Shown here: piece after piece, positions 24,207-37,487 of the stretch
How the letters are laid out: every line of letters begins with the position of its first letter
Numbering within the stretch: the stretch's first letter is position 1
Assembly: GCF_006345805.1 (NCBI RefSeq)
Contig: NC_042998.1
Coordinates: 108,190,001-108,254,000, forward strand
Direction of reading: 5' to 3'
Source of the DNA: Octopus sinensis
Lineage: Eukaryota
DNA length: 64,000 bases
The notes under the pieces: model-generated
What the model saw: only the letters and a program-made list of their open reading frames with translations
Databases searched by the model: none
What the model was told of the DNA's origin: nothing
Made by a program: the position numbers and the translations under genes

Positions 24207-26329
24207 TATTGTACATTAACTTAGTAATTCTATTCAACAAAGATTCTCTGAGGCTTAAGCATGTCTAGATTTGTCTCCCGCATTTTCTGAACTGATTAAA
24301 ATATCACTAGTAATTGAATTAATTTCCTTTTCTTTTCCACACCGCACAGTTCTTATATTTTTGGTGTTCATTACATTAAATAACTTTATTTATACAATTA
24401 GTTAACAATCTAAATGTTTACATCTTTAACTATATTTCTTGTCTATTATGTTTGTAAGCATGCACACCCCTAACACACACACACACAAACACGAACATGC
24501 AACCATTGTTGTATCTGCGTCTATGTGTTCGCGTGTGTAAGAGTATTAAATATCAAGTTGATGTGCTGTTCTTTAAGTACTGCTCTGTTAAATATTGAAG
24601 TAACATAATTCAAAGTTCCTCTTTACGTTTTATTTACATTGTAAAGAATTTTCCAATTGTCCTTCATGGGTATAAGTGGTGGTCTATTACTTCAATGCAG
24701 TTTTAACGTTTCCACCGCTTTCAAATTTAATCATAATCTTTGCCACAAGAGACCTTGGTACATAAAATATTTTTTGCCCACTTTTGCCCCTGTTTTTATT
24801 CTCTTTTGTTTCTTTTTTATTTCTACTAAAGTCAACTCTAAAATCTATCAATAGTCCGTCCTGTATAGCTGACATTCAAGATTTGTCAAAAATATTGAAA
24901 ATCGTCTTTTTTTTGACATAACAATATCCTGTTTCTCGATATTTTCTACTCCTCAACAATTGTTCCGGTGATTGTGACACTGACTGATGGTTGTTAAATT
25001 TTTATTACCAACTTCTTTTGCGAAGCGACGTTTTAATTCATGATCACGTCATATATATTTCCATAAATATTTCCATGTCACGTTATCGTATATTTAAAGT
25101 CATTGTATACGTGAAGCTATTGTCAGATTACTGTATATTTGAAGTTTACAGAATCAAATAACTTTTGTATTTCTTTTTTTTTTTGTGAAAAAGAAGTGTA
25201 AGATATTTGTGCTTATAGAAAAATTCTCGTAAAAAGTATAGCAAAACAAAATATTGTATGAAGAATGGTTTTATAAAGAACAATTTTATGAATGTTGTTT
25301 GACAAAAGCTATATACAGAAAACTCATTTAAGGGAGAGGGAGAATAAATGACTTTTAAAAAAGTCGTAAAAACACTGTGTAAATAAATACGGTATAGTTG
25401 AATATTATATGAAATTTGTAATAGATTTAATCGTATTTTTATCATGATGAATATCTTGATCCTTTATCCATTAGGTGGTAATCTCACCCACCCGGAACTT
25501 CGCCTCCTACATGGAGCAAATAAGGCTACTGGAGACGATCTTTTCCAACATACAGACACTTATTGTCAATCTTATGAATTTTTCTTTGATTATGTTACAT
25601 ATTTACGGTTAAATGGATTGCGTATCTTGAGGTTTAAGCGCCCTAATCAGAGAAAACAATGTTGTACAGGCCATATGTTATTAAGCACTGATCCCACGAT
25701 CTCGATTTCCATTTGGCTATTCCAGCTTTCCTTAGATATTACTATGCAGCTGAAACATTATTTAGATATTAATTTCTTACATTGACACAAATCCACATAT
25801 TTTGGAGGAAAGTATAGATGGCTAAATCAAACTCAATACTTGATTAATACTTTATTTTATAGACACAAGAAAGATGGGAGGTAGCTTCGACAGGATTTGA
25901 ACATCGAACGTAAAAGGCTGTAACTAAATACAGCAAAGCATTTGGTCATATATATTTTTCTTATTGAGTGGTTTTATTGAATTACATCTCATATTTCTTA
26001 ATTCAACGCTAACATCCGGACAGAAACTTGTCAAAATGACTATTCCATTTTTATTGAGGGTGGTTTGGATATTTACTCCATATTGCTATAATCTGCATTC
26101 ACTTTAAGTCAATAAAATTCTATTCTTGTAAAATGTTTGCCTATTGGCGTCCTTTCAATCAATAACATATCGGAGTTATATCAACTCCAACTCTTTCTTT
26201 CTATATTCTGATATTTCCTAAGTACAAGTATATAACAATCAATCAAAAACCCCTCTGGGGAGGCTGTAGGTGCTCAGCAAAGCACACAACTCCTCCCCTC
26301 CACCATTTCTAGTTATTAACCGACCTCAT

Positions 26330-26545
26330 GTTTACCACCATCTTCCTCCCTGTTCATACACTGATGTTGCTCAATCACAGCCTTTGTGGTCTTTCTATAC
26401 CTCTCTTACCGAGACTTCATCCATGCATGACTATATTCACTTGAGGTAGGGTGTCATGGTGTTGTATTACATGTCCAAACTACTTCATGTTCCACATTTT
26501 AGCAATTTAAAGAGGAGTTTCGTGATTTGTAGTCTTTCCAACAGT
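26330..26545 (-). mobile_element. Ancient RTE LINE C-terminal fragment
   Basis: Translation K*FGHVIQHHDTL....MHG*SLGKRGIERPQRL*LSNISV*TGR resembles the RTE WFGHV..G.R.RGR..W..NI..WTG motif. Confidence 0.55.
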
Positions 26546-26699
26546 TTCTCCATTAACACGTTCGCTGGATGTTCTGTATTTAGGAAACACACACACACAC
26601 ACTTTCGCACTCATGCATATATATAGCTATATATACGCGTGTGCATGTATATAAACACAGAGAGACAGATACACATGAAAGAAGAGTTGTAAAGTAAAA

Positions 26700-27025
26700 T
26701 TTGGCGCAAGGCCCGCGATTTCGGGGAAGGGGTTAAGTCGATTACATCGATCTTAGTGTTCAACTGGTACTTATTTAATCGACCCCGAAAGGCTGAAAGG
26801 CAAAGTCAACCTCAGCGGAATTTTAACTCAGACGGACGAAATACCTATTTCTTTACTACCCACAAGGGGCTAAACACAGAGAGGACAAACAAGGATAGAC
26901 AAACGGATTAAGTCGATTACATTGACCCCAGTGCGTAACTGATACTTAATTTATCGACCCCGAAAGGATGAAAGGCAAATCAACCCCAGGCAGGATTTGA
27001 ACTCAGAACGTAAAGACATTTGCCA
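26700..27025 (-). mobile_element. SINE family A dimer (long unit + short unit), 5' truncated
   Basis: Minus-strand junction ...gtagtaaagaaatagg|tatttcgtccgtct is the same as at 58510-58520. Confidence 0.8.
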
Positions 27026-27284
27026 AAAGAACTCAATACGTTGGGTAAAGTGGATGCATAAAGAGATGCATATTATGTTAAAAGTTCGCAGTCTAATCAG
27101 ACTTTCGTCCCAGACTGGGCTGTTCATGGAGTGGAGAAGAGCCCAGCCTGGGGCGAAACTGAGTAGAATAACTTCTTACATACATACATACCTACATACC
27201 TACATATATTCATACATATATACATGCATGCATACATACCTACATGCATGCATACATATATGCATGCATGCATACATGCATACA

Positions 27285-27336
<52 letters not shown>

Positions 27337-27605
27337 AAATTAAATAAGGGTAGAAATTCATATTAATCAATTAAAACCAGTGGCATATTTTAAAAAATCC
27401 GAAGATTAAAAATTTTTTATATACAAAATTTAGAGGACTGACCACTAAAAGTAGACAGCCTGTATGCTAGATATGGACGTCAAAATCGCCATTTTCCCCG
27501 AAGAATGTGTTCTCAAGAAAAAAGTCAGCAAAAAAACAGTGTAAAGATAAGCAAGACAAATGAAAATATACGAAATAAAAAAGTTTTTTATTTCGTATAT
27601 TTTCA

Positions 27606-28330
27606 TGGGACAACAATAAGCTGACCAAGACCACAAAAATGAAGATTTACCAGGCATGTGTACTTAGCAGTCTACTGTATGGAAGTGAAACTTGGACGCC
27701 ATACACACGCCATACGACGCCATACGTCGCCTAAATATCTTTCACCTGCACTGCCTCCGGAAAATCCTTCGCATCAAATGGCAGAATCATGTCCCCAACA
27801 AAGATGTCTTCAAGCAAGCAGGAATACCAAGCATGTTTACACTCCTCACACAAAGACATATGAGATGGCTTCGACATGTCAACCGTATGGAAGATGGCAG
27901 AATCCCCAAGGACATACTCAACGGAGAGCTTGCTAGGGGCACTAGGTCTGTGGGAAGACCGTTCTTACGATACAAGGATGTTTGCAAAAGGGACATGAAT
28001 GCCTGCAACATCAATATTACCAACTGGGAAGCAGTTGCCAGCAACCGTGGAGATTGGCGACGTACCGTAAAAGAGGGAACACAAAGGAGTGACATAGAAG
28101 GAGAGGAGAAATGGAAAGACAAGAAAATACGTCAACAAGAAAGTATGACATTACAACCATCCAGGCAAAGTCTTCGCCACATTTGCGGCACCTGCCAGAG
28201 GGAGTGTTTGTCCAGGATAGGACTACACGGCCACAGCAGGAGATGTATTAGGACATGAAATGTAAAAGCCGGACTAGATTATTTTATGCGCAACTCCATT
28301 GTCTCCCGAGACAAAAAGGATGCCAACAAC
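27606..28330 (+). mobile_element. RTE-clade LINE, 5'-truncated 3' end
   Basis: WDNNKLTKTTKMKIYQACVLSSLLYGSETWT, then RRLNIFHLHCLRKIL..WQNHVPN...MRWLRHV.RMEDGRIPKDIL.GELA.G.R..GRP.LRYKDVCKRDM, a terminal C..C..HSRRC motif and a short 3' UTR. Confidence 0.92.
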
Positions 28331-28419
28331 AATATATATGGATTTCGTAGACAGGAACTGAAACAAATCAATCGTATATATATGTATATATGTAAGTGTA
28401 TGTGTGTGTCTTTGTGTCT

Positions 28420-28535
28420 GTGTTTCGCCCTCATCACTGCTTCACAACTGCTGTTCATTTATTTACATCCACAAAACTTACTGGTTTCACAAAAACAAAC
28501 TAATAGAATAAGTACTAGGTTTATCAACATAAAAA
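28420..28535 (+). mobile_element. SINE family B tail fragment
   Basis: gccctcatcactgcttcacaac...tagaataagtactaggttt resembles 10395-10500. Confidence 0.55.
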
Positions 28536-28625
28536 AGCACTAGGCTGTGTCTCATATTTTTGTTTGCCCACTCATATTTTTGTGTGTGTGTGTATATATC
28601 TATATCTATATCTATATCTATATCT

Positions 28626-29230
28626 ATATAACGGGAAGGTCTACGAAAATAAACAAAAGACGACGGCAGGTGGAGTACAAACAAACAAATGTATTAGTAT
28701 AGCGCTCAGGAATAGAAATAGAAAAAGTCTTTTACGTTTCGAGCCTACGCTCTTCGACAGAAAGATACACAGAAAAAAACAAGGAGAGAAACAAGGAGAG
28801 AAAAAAATGCGTGTAGGAGCTAACGATCTATCATGGCGTCCAGACTTCGGACAGTGGTCAGACGCGAGAGGGACAGTAGGGGAGATAACAGGGTCAAGTG
28901 ACTTCCAAAACGAAGGTGCCCCCAACACAAAGGTGCGTGTGTGTATAAGAGAGTATGTAGGTGCGTGTGAAAGAGGGCTGGTGGTCTGGACGTGCGTGAG
29001 TATGTGTGGGTGTGGAGATGTGGGGAGGGGTGTGTGAGTGGTGTGTTGTGATGTGATATGTGTATGTATGTGTAGGTGTAAAGATGTGGGGATGGGTGTG
29101 TGGGCGGTGTGCTGTGGTGGTGTGTTGTGATGTGATGTGTAATGTTGTATGGTGTAGTGTAGTGTGGTGTGATGTTGCGGGGAGGTGGGGGAGGCGAGAG
29201 TGGAGAAAGCACAGGTGGGGTGTGGGATAT
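28626..29230 (-). mobile_element. Penelope pLTR-like repeat, copy 2
   Basis: Reverse complement aligns with 9360-10070. Confidence 0.75.
28727..28768 (-). ncRNA. Minimal hammerhead-like motif, copy 2 (core CUGUCGA, GUA triplet)
   Basis: Minus strand: gtatcttt-CTGTCGA-A-GAGC(gtag)GCTC-GAAA-CG-TA-aaagac. Confidence 0.62.
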
Positions 29231-30274
29231 ATATATAACACCCTAATGAGAGCCTTAACTCTCAAATTTTAGTAATTTCTTTTATGATCCAAAGCTAGGT
29301 CAAAAATACTGAATGGATCTTTTTGAAATCTGGAAATTATATTCTAAGCATAAGGGCCATAACCCCCATGACAATTCATATATTTTTGCTGTTAATGAAA
29401 TTTTAACCATAGATATTAGACACAAATGAAGTAATATTTATAAAATTTCATCTTCTTACAAAGTTAGAAAGACCCCTCCATAGGGACTTAACACCCACAA
29501 TTTTGTCATTTTATCTAAGCAAAAACGAATACAGTTGTGCTCTTGGAAGCTGTAGGGTTACCCGAGCATAAAAGTTGGGCATTATTTCTAATTCAATGGC
29601 ACAACAGTGTAACATTTTGCTTTGACATACACTTACATTGTGATTTCTGCAATGTGGTGCATAAATTGTTAAGTAAATGAGAGGCACCTTTGTCCCCACT
29701 GATTCAGTTGCAAAGTGTTGAGTAAAGTTATTTGATTGCAGACCTCCTTGCAGTCTTTTTATTATCACTGGGTCACACATAGTCCCTAGATGGTAACATT
29801 GATTACAAGGCCTTCCCAGATGAGTGACTGGTTATTCAAAGACATTTATAGATTTTAAATTCATTCTGTCCAGTTACGTATCAGTATAGTGGTCATTTGC
29901 AAACTCCAGAGGTGACACTTCAATTTCTCCTAAGCCCTCACGTCACACAGTTGTTAATGTTGATTTCAGTTGGGTCACGCCCTTCCAATTGCTATAGATT
30001 CGTAATGCATTTTACGGCTGTGTCTGTCACCTGGATGGTGAGGAATCCTACATTGGGAGTGGTAACGACTAGGGTAGGGTAACTGACTGATTATCGTGAT
30101 CATTCGTCTTTTGGCACGATTACAATTTTTTAGGGTGTGTAAAGAGGGAAATAACTCTCATCTGGGATTTTGATGAAATTCGAACATAGATATTTCAGTT
30201 CATTCAGAAAATATAACAGAAAAGTCTAATTCTTCAATTGAATGTAACCGGGCAACGCCGGGTATCTCTGCTAG
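29228..30274 (+). mobile_element. Non-autonomous Helitron-like element (~1.05 kb)
   Basis: 3' hairpin ccgggcaacgccggg (30248-30262) then CTAG (30271-30274) and T. The 5' end is (TA)-rich with hairpin tgagag-ccttaa-ctctca (29247-29264). The left boundary is approximate. Confidence 0.55.
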
Positions 30275-30483
<209 letters not shown>

Positions 30484-30484
30484 A

Positions 30485-30880
30485 CTAGCAGTATAGCCCA
30501 GCGTTGCTCGGGGTTGTTTTCTTTTCGACCCTTTAGAATTGGAATTTATGAAAAGTAAAAATTTTGCATTATGTAGCTGGTTATTCTCTTTAAGTGAACA
30601 TTTTTCTGGCTGAAGTACACCGAAAAATAGCGACACAGCAGTAAAAAAAATCGTAAAAAATAGGGATTTTCATAGAAAAAAAGCACCTTTTTGATGTGAA
30701 TAAATTTTGGTGTTAACATGGTCCGATTTTAATTTTTTCATCTACGGAAGGAAAAGCAAACCTTCTATCATACTCTCAATTTTGGTCAACTTGGCGCCGT
30801 AGGGTCTCGGAGGAGATAGTGTTAGTTGAAGGCTACCAAACCTGCCATACACAGACAACTTCAGCTGTATATATATATAA
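30485..30880 (-). mobile_element. Non-autonomous Helitron-like element (~400 bp)
   Basis: Minus-strand end ccgagcaacgctgggctatactgCTAG-T is the same terminus type as at 30248-30275. Confidence 0.6.
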
Positions 30881-31159
30881 AATATAAAATATAAATTAAA
30901 GATAAAACCACTATTATGCAATTCAAACAATGATAGACATAAACCAAAACATAAATAACAAATAAAATATATTGTTATAAATCATATAACTAGATCACAA
31001 AAAGTATAAAAATGAATAATCAATATATAAGTAAAAAAAAATACTAATTTATATTTATATTTTATATTTTATATTCTATTTTATATTTTATATTTTATAT
31101 TGTGAAATTTGATTTAATACTAAATTGAATTTTTCCCTGTAGGTTTGGAGTTATACTCC

Positions 31160-31160
31160 C

Positions 31161-31213
<53 letters not shown>

Positions 31214-31221
31214 TATTATTA

Positions 31222-31286
<65 letters not shown>
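31160..31286 (+). repeat. (ATT)n + (TA)n microsatellite
   Basis: Direct reading of the sequence. Confidence 0.95.
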
Positions 31287-31288
<2 letters not shown>

Positions 31289-31615
31289 ACGCGTACGACA
31301 TACATAATACATGCATATGACGTGAGACATTTCAGAAATTCTCCATTCGAGTTTCTTTGAATGAACATATGCACAGGGTCGCAAATGCCGTACACACAGG
31401 CAGGAAGAGTGATGAAATATAAACACTTGTCTACAAAAATAACACGCACGCCCATTATATGAATGAACGATTTTCCACACATACTAACTCATTTACTTAC
31501 TCACAAGTCCTACGAAGTGTCGTGACTAAAACTAAACCTTGACACTGTGGTAGTATCCGGCATGAATTCTGCAAAGTAAAAAATAATCTCAAAGAAAAAT
31601 TGCACATACATATAT

Positions 31616-31847
31616 ATTTCTTTACTACCCACAAGGGGCTAAACACAGAGGGGGCAAACAAGGACAGGCAAACGGATTAAGTCGATTACATCGACCCCAG
31701 TGCCTAACTGGTACTTAATTTATCGACCCCGAAAGGATGAAAGGCAAAGTCGACCTCGGCGTAATTTGAACTCGGAACGTAACGACAGACGAAATACGGC
31801 TACGCATCTCGCCCGGCGTGCTAACGTTTCTGCCAGCTCGCCGCCTT
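31616..31847 (-). mobile_element. SINE family A monomer with a perfect 16-bp TSD
   Basis: ttgcacatacatatat occurs at 31600-31615 and 31848-31863. Confidence 0.93.
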
Positions 31848-31879
31848 TTGCACATACATATATTCCTACCTAGGATAAG

Positions 31880-32102
31880 GATAAAGAAAGCGTCCTTTCC
31901 GGATCCCATACACTCATAAGGGCCTGTATTCCAGTTTCTGTGGAGACGTCGGTCCATCGCAGGGTTATTCAGTTTTGCCAGCCGAGTGAATTAGAGCAAA
32001 GTGTTTTGCTTAAGAACACAATGCGTCGTCCAGTCCAGGAACTGAAATCACCATCTTACGACCATGAGTCCAACACCCTAAACATTAAGCCACACGCCTC
32101 CA
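31880..32102 (-). mobile_element. tRNA-derived SINE of a further family (CORE-like box)
   Basis: Minus strand: gtggaggcgtgtggcttaatgtttagggtgttggactc..cgtaagatggtgatttcagttcctgg....gtgttcttaagcaaaacactt. Confidence 0.6.
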
Positions 32103-32352
32103 CTACCTACCTACCTACATACCTACATACATAAATATATTCGCATATGATTAATTAAAATCTGCATGATGACAAAAGGGCCATTTGTTTCACTTAAGTG
32201 TTTGTTAAACGAAAGAAAAGTCACAATGATTGGCTAAGTTACATGTCAGTATTATTAAAAAACTAGCATTACCCATCACATGACGGGCAACTTCAAAAGT
32301 ATACTTTTACGACCATGGGTAATTTCATAAAAGTTAAATTATAATTATCTTA

Positions 32353-32520
32353 CGACGGCGGTGAGCTGCCAGAATTGTTAGTATATCGGGTAAAAATGCT
32401 TAGTAGCATTTTGTCCGTCTTCTCATTATAAGTTCAAACTCCACCGAAGTCGACTTTTCTTTTCATCTTATCGTGGTCGATAAAATAAGTACCAGTTGAG
32501 AGCTGAAATCAAATTCTAAT
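32353..32520 (+). mobile_element. SINE family A (diverged)
   Basis: gacggcggtgagctgccagaattgttag...gttcaaactccaccgaagtcgactt. Confidence 0.75.
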
Positions 32521-32988
32521 TGTTATATGCATGCCAAATTTCTCATATTATCCAAGGTGGCAAAAGTGCATAAATGCTTTTGTTGCAGTTATAGTGATAT
32601 ATTCATTTTAACAGTTTGCTATAAATTCTTAAGCTTGCAAATATCCGGATTATTAACTCATAAAAAAAAAATCCCACAGGGACTTCATCTGTTGCCAAGC
32701 AGCTTGAAAATCATCTAAGGAAAATATTCATTCCAATAAATATTAGATATTGCTGAGTCATTTTCAGCTACGACTAACTACTCTATAATTTTCTCATCTA
32801 TGATTCTCGCTCTCTCACAGTGCGTAGCATTTTTATTACTCATTGTCTGCCAGCAAGCTTAGTATATGTACCCATTCGGCACCTTATATGTTAATGCTTC
32901 TTGAATCTCGTTTTGGCACACTCACTCCCCCTCTCTAAACGTTTTAAAGCGCGGCAGGATGTCAATCATTGAACAAACATTTACATCG

Positions 32989-32989
<1 letters not shown>

Positions 32990-33056
<67 letters not shown>

Positions 33057-33187
33057 GTATTCTGCCGAGGTCGACTTTGCCTTTCATCCTTTCAGGGTTG
33101 ATAAATTAAGTACCAGTGAAACACTGAGGTCGATGAAATCGATTTGTCCCCCGATCCTAAATTTCTGGCCTTGTGCTTATAGTAGAA

Positions 33188-33218
<31 letters not shown>

Positions 33219-33785
33219 TTATTATTATTATTAAGTATTCCGCCATGGTCGACTTTGCCTCTTATCCTTTCGTGGTCGATAAAACAAGTACCAGTGAAAC
33301 ACCGGGGTCAATATAATCGACTAGTCCCCTCCCTCCAAATTTCAGGCCTTGTGCCTTTAGTAGAAGGGATTATTAAGGTGACGAGCTGGCAGAATTGTTA
33401 GCACGCCAGGCAAAATGCTTAGCGGCACTTCGTCCCTCTTTACGTTCTGAGTTCAAATTTCGCCGAGGTCGACTTTGCCTTTTATCCTTTCAAGGTTGAT
33501 AAAATAAGTACCAGTTGAGGACTAGAGTCGATGTAATCGACTAGTCTCCTCCCACAAAATTTCAGGCCTTGTACCTTTAGTAGAAAGGGTTATTATTAGT
33601 AGAAAGTAGAATTTTCAGCAGCATTTCGTCGCTCTTTACGTTCTGGGTTCAAATTTCATCGAGGTCGATTTTTATCTTTTGAAGTCGATAAAATAAGTAC
33701 CAGTTGTGCATTGGGGTCAATGTAATCGACTTACTCCCTCTATCGAAATTGCGGGCCTTGTGCCAAAATTTGAAATCATTAAATA
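32990..33785 (+). mobile_element. Head-to-tail array of four SINE family A units joined by ATT/TAA repeats
   Basis: Units start near 33058, 33236, 33376 and 33615. Each contains g(a/g)(t/c)cga(c/t)ttt..c.tt(c/t)atc.ttt and ends cttgt(g/a)c.... Confidence 0.85.
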
Positions 33786-33825
33786 AAAACAAATAAGCAC
33801 GCGCGCGCGCACACACAGATACATA

Positions 33826-34018
33826 ATAAGGCAATCTCTATATCCAAATAACGTGGTTGTCGTGTTAGAACACCGAATGCTGCGTTATTTACCTTATGAG
33901 TGCGTCTATGCTTCATGTGGCCATACGAGTGGTTTTTTTTTTTCAAGGTAAATTTCTCAGTATTCGGTGTTCTGGTACAACATCCACGTTTAAGTTGGAT
34001 ATTAAGATTGGCTTTTCG
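33826..34018. mobile_element. Shorter, decayed sibling of the long-TIR MITE at 34397
   Basis: aaggcaatctctatatccaaataac...gttagaa at the left end; caacatccacgtt.aagttggatattaagattggctttt at the right end. Confidence 0.55.
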
Positions 34019-34220
34019 TATGAACACTGTTTCTGTAACTAATAAAAAAAATTTCAATCAGCCTGCTAGCGATTTGCGACACCAGTACCTGAAATATCAC
34101 CGAAATTTCATATATCACCGACAATGAAATTCGGCAGTAATGCCGCTGGCGGATGTTATTACAGTTTAAGTAGAAAGCTTAATCTGACGGTTAGTTGGTA
34201 GGAGTAGTTAAAGAAATAGG

Positions 34221-34274
<54 letters not shown>

Positions 34275-34396
34275 AACACACACACACACACACGCACACA
34301 CGCAAACCACACACACACACACACCACACACACACACACACGCGCAACACACACACACACACACATTTAATAGCATCAAAAAGCAGATTTAATACC

Positions 34397-34671
34397 AAAA
34401 GGCAATCTTTATATCCAAATAACATAGCTGTCGCGTTAGAATATCGTTATTTACATTGAAAGGACCTCTCATACAGACACAAAGTGTATAGATGCACTGG
34501 TGCCGTCTGCTACTGATGCCAGAACTGTCAATCACATGATTATATCGTCTGCCAACGATATAAATATGAGTGCTTCTATGCACCATGCGTCTATATGAGA
34601 GGTCGTTTCGAGGTAAATAACGATGTTCGAACGCAACATCCACGTTAAGTTCGATATAAAGACTGCCTTTT
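34397..34671. mobile_element. MITE with ~60-bp imperfect TIRs
   Basis: aaaaggcaatctttatatc...cgttatttac versus gtaaataacg...gatataaagactgcctttt. Confidence 0.7.
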
Positions 34672-35899
34672 ATTTTAAATCTTGCTTCTGTAAACTGATT
34701 TCTTTACCTACTCCTAGCAACTGCCTGTCAAATTTATCTTTCTACTTAAACTGTAGTTACGTGTATATGCATGTCTATATGCGAATGAATGCACGTACGT
34801 GTCTGTTTTTGTATGTGTGAGTGACCGACTGAAATGTGTGTGTATGAGAGAATGTGTTTAAACCTGTGTCATCACTTGCCGTCCATCGACTATATAACAA
34901 TTATCATGTTTACTATCTGCTACCATTGCTTGGCTTTAACTTCTTATGTCATCTCTCTCTCCCCCCTCTCTCCCTCTCTCCCACTCTCTCTCTCTGTCTC
35001 TATCTCTGAAGACGATGTAAAGCATAACTGGAGAAATCAATCAACCAATCAATAGTTAGTTACATCGGCAATTACTTTAGAGAAGTAGAGGGAAATAACT
35101 TCTGTATCAAAAGAGAGAGTAAAATATAATGATGTTAGACCTGCTTTATTGATGAAGTAGATACAAGTATAGAGTGATTGAGGTAGTGGGAAGTAGAATA
35201 ATGGTATGGGTAAATAACCTGAAGAAACCAGGAAGGTGAGGAAAGGAAAGAAATTGAGAAATAGAATACCTGAGGCGGGAGGATAGCAAAATTATGTAGA
35301 TAATTGTTTTTGATTTAGGCACAAGGCCAGAAGTTATTTCAAGGAAGAGGGTTAGTCAATGCTTAACTCCTACATGTACATACATACATATACAGTCCTA
35401 TTTGTGTGTGTGTATATATATATAAATTATATATATGCATATATGTACATACATATATGTATATACATATATATGTATATATATGATCCTCACGTGATCA
35501 TCTTACTTTTCTTCCAGTTTGTCTTACAGACCAGACACATTCTTATCTGTCTCCTCTTCTATCTTTTCTCTTGTCAAAGACAATATTCCTCCAGTGTTCG
35601 TTACCTTACCTCGTCTGGCCTAACGGCTCTCCATGTTTCTTTTCGTTTGGTGTCTTGTATGTCTCCACTGTCCTGTTTTTGTTACCAAATCTTATTTTGG
35701 TTCGTGGGAGCAGCTGCCTTTCGAAGCCTCATATTGTCGTTAATTGCTCGAAATGAGGAGTAGATGGACAGCCGACAACTGATGAAGGGTCGTTCATTAT
35801 GTTACTTGTCTTGTTTTCCATTTGTTTCTCTCTTTGTTCGCATTCCCACGTTTGTCTTCGTATTTCATGTTGCTTACATTTTGTGACGTCCTGTACCCA

Positions 35900-35913
35900 T
35901 ATATGCATATATA

Positions 35914-36002
<89 letters not shown>

Positions 36003-36092
36003 CATATATGCATGTATGTATGTATGTATGCATGTATGCATGTATGTATGTATGTATTATGTATGTGTGTATGTATGTATGTATGTATATAT

Positions 36093-36151
<59 letters not shown>

Positions 36152-36213
36152 CATACGTACATACCTACACACATACATACATATATATATATATGTATAT
36201 ATATATATGTGTG

Positions 36214-36244
<31 letters not shown>

Positions 36245-36245
36245 G

Positions 36246-36283
<38 letters not shown>

Positions 36284-36330
36284 TATATACACATATATAT
36301 TTGTGTGTGTATGTGTATGTATGTATATGC
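35900..36330 (+). repeat. (TA)n/(TATG)n compound microsatellite
   Basis: Direct reading of the sequence. Confidence 0.95.
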
Positions 36331-36732
36331 ATATCTATCCTTTCTGCTATAGGCACAAGATCTGACATTTTCTCGCGAGGAGGCTAGTCAATTACACTAA
36401 CCACAGTGACCAACTGTATTCATTGCATTGACTTTTCTCATTGTTGATGCCTTTCCCTATATAGGCACAAATGTAATTCTTTCCAAAATAAATTGTACTT
36501 CATATTCGGGGCTCCGACGTAGCTATAAGGTGTTATTCAGGTACACAACTGCGAGTACACTTCATCTTATAGCAGAAATAGGTGTAAGCTAATGAAGTTC
36601 ATAAGATAATTATTTTTCCTTTGTCATCTCTCTTTCTTATTACCGCTCTATACTCAGCTAAGACTTTGTTCTGGAACACGCATATATTATATATTGAGTT
36701 CTATACCGGGTCATTAGTCTCGCAATACCTAA

Positions 36733-36766
<34 letters not shown>

Positions 36767-36924
36767 TGCATACTCTTTCAAACACAAACATTTTCATATA
36801 GATTCACGTATATCTATAGAACACGCATAGTGGTAAAATAATATTTCCCACGTCTAACCCTGTCTTGAGCCATGTTTGCCAGTTTTCTCCTAGCTTATTA
36901 GCTTATCTCTACCCTTTCACACAC

Positions 36925-36971
<47 letters not shown>

Positions 36972-37214
36972 ACACACACACGGAGTACTTCTATTGAAAG
37001 TGAAAAATATGAAAAATCAAATATTTAGTATGTGACAAGATCCTAGCCCAGAAGGAATAAAGACAGACGTAATTAAATAAATTCTAATTCTCTAAGGAGA
37101 TGAAATAATGCTTCTAACAGTTAAATGGCGTGTAAGTAACACGTTATCTGCACAAATGTCTGCTTTATAAAAAAATCTCAGTAGTTGTCGTTACTGCTGC
37201 TGTTGTTGCTGATG

Positions 37215-37215
37215 T

Positions 37216-37259
<44 letters not shown>

Positions 37260-37320
37260 TAATAATAATAATAATAATAATAGTAATAATAATAATAATA
37301 ATAACAACAACAACAACAAC

Positions 37321-37351
<31 letters not shown>

Positions 37352-37396
37352 TAATAATAATAATAATGATAATAATAATAATAAATAATAATAATA

Positions 37397-37431
<35 letters not shown>

Positions 37432-37487
37432 TATTATTATTATTATTATTATATTATTATTATTATTATTATTATATTATTATTATT
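37215..37487. repeat. (AAT)n followed by inverted (ATT)n
   Basis: Strand switch near 37397. Confidence 0.95.

Noticed and set aside
35740-35800. ctgatgaag motif as a possible hammerhead
   Set aside because: No downstream GAAA or convincing stems in any topology.
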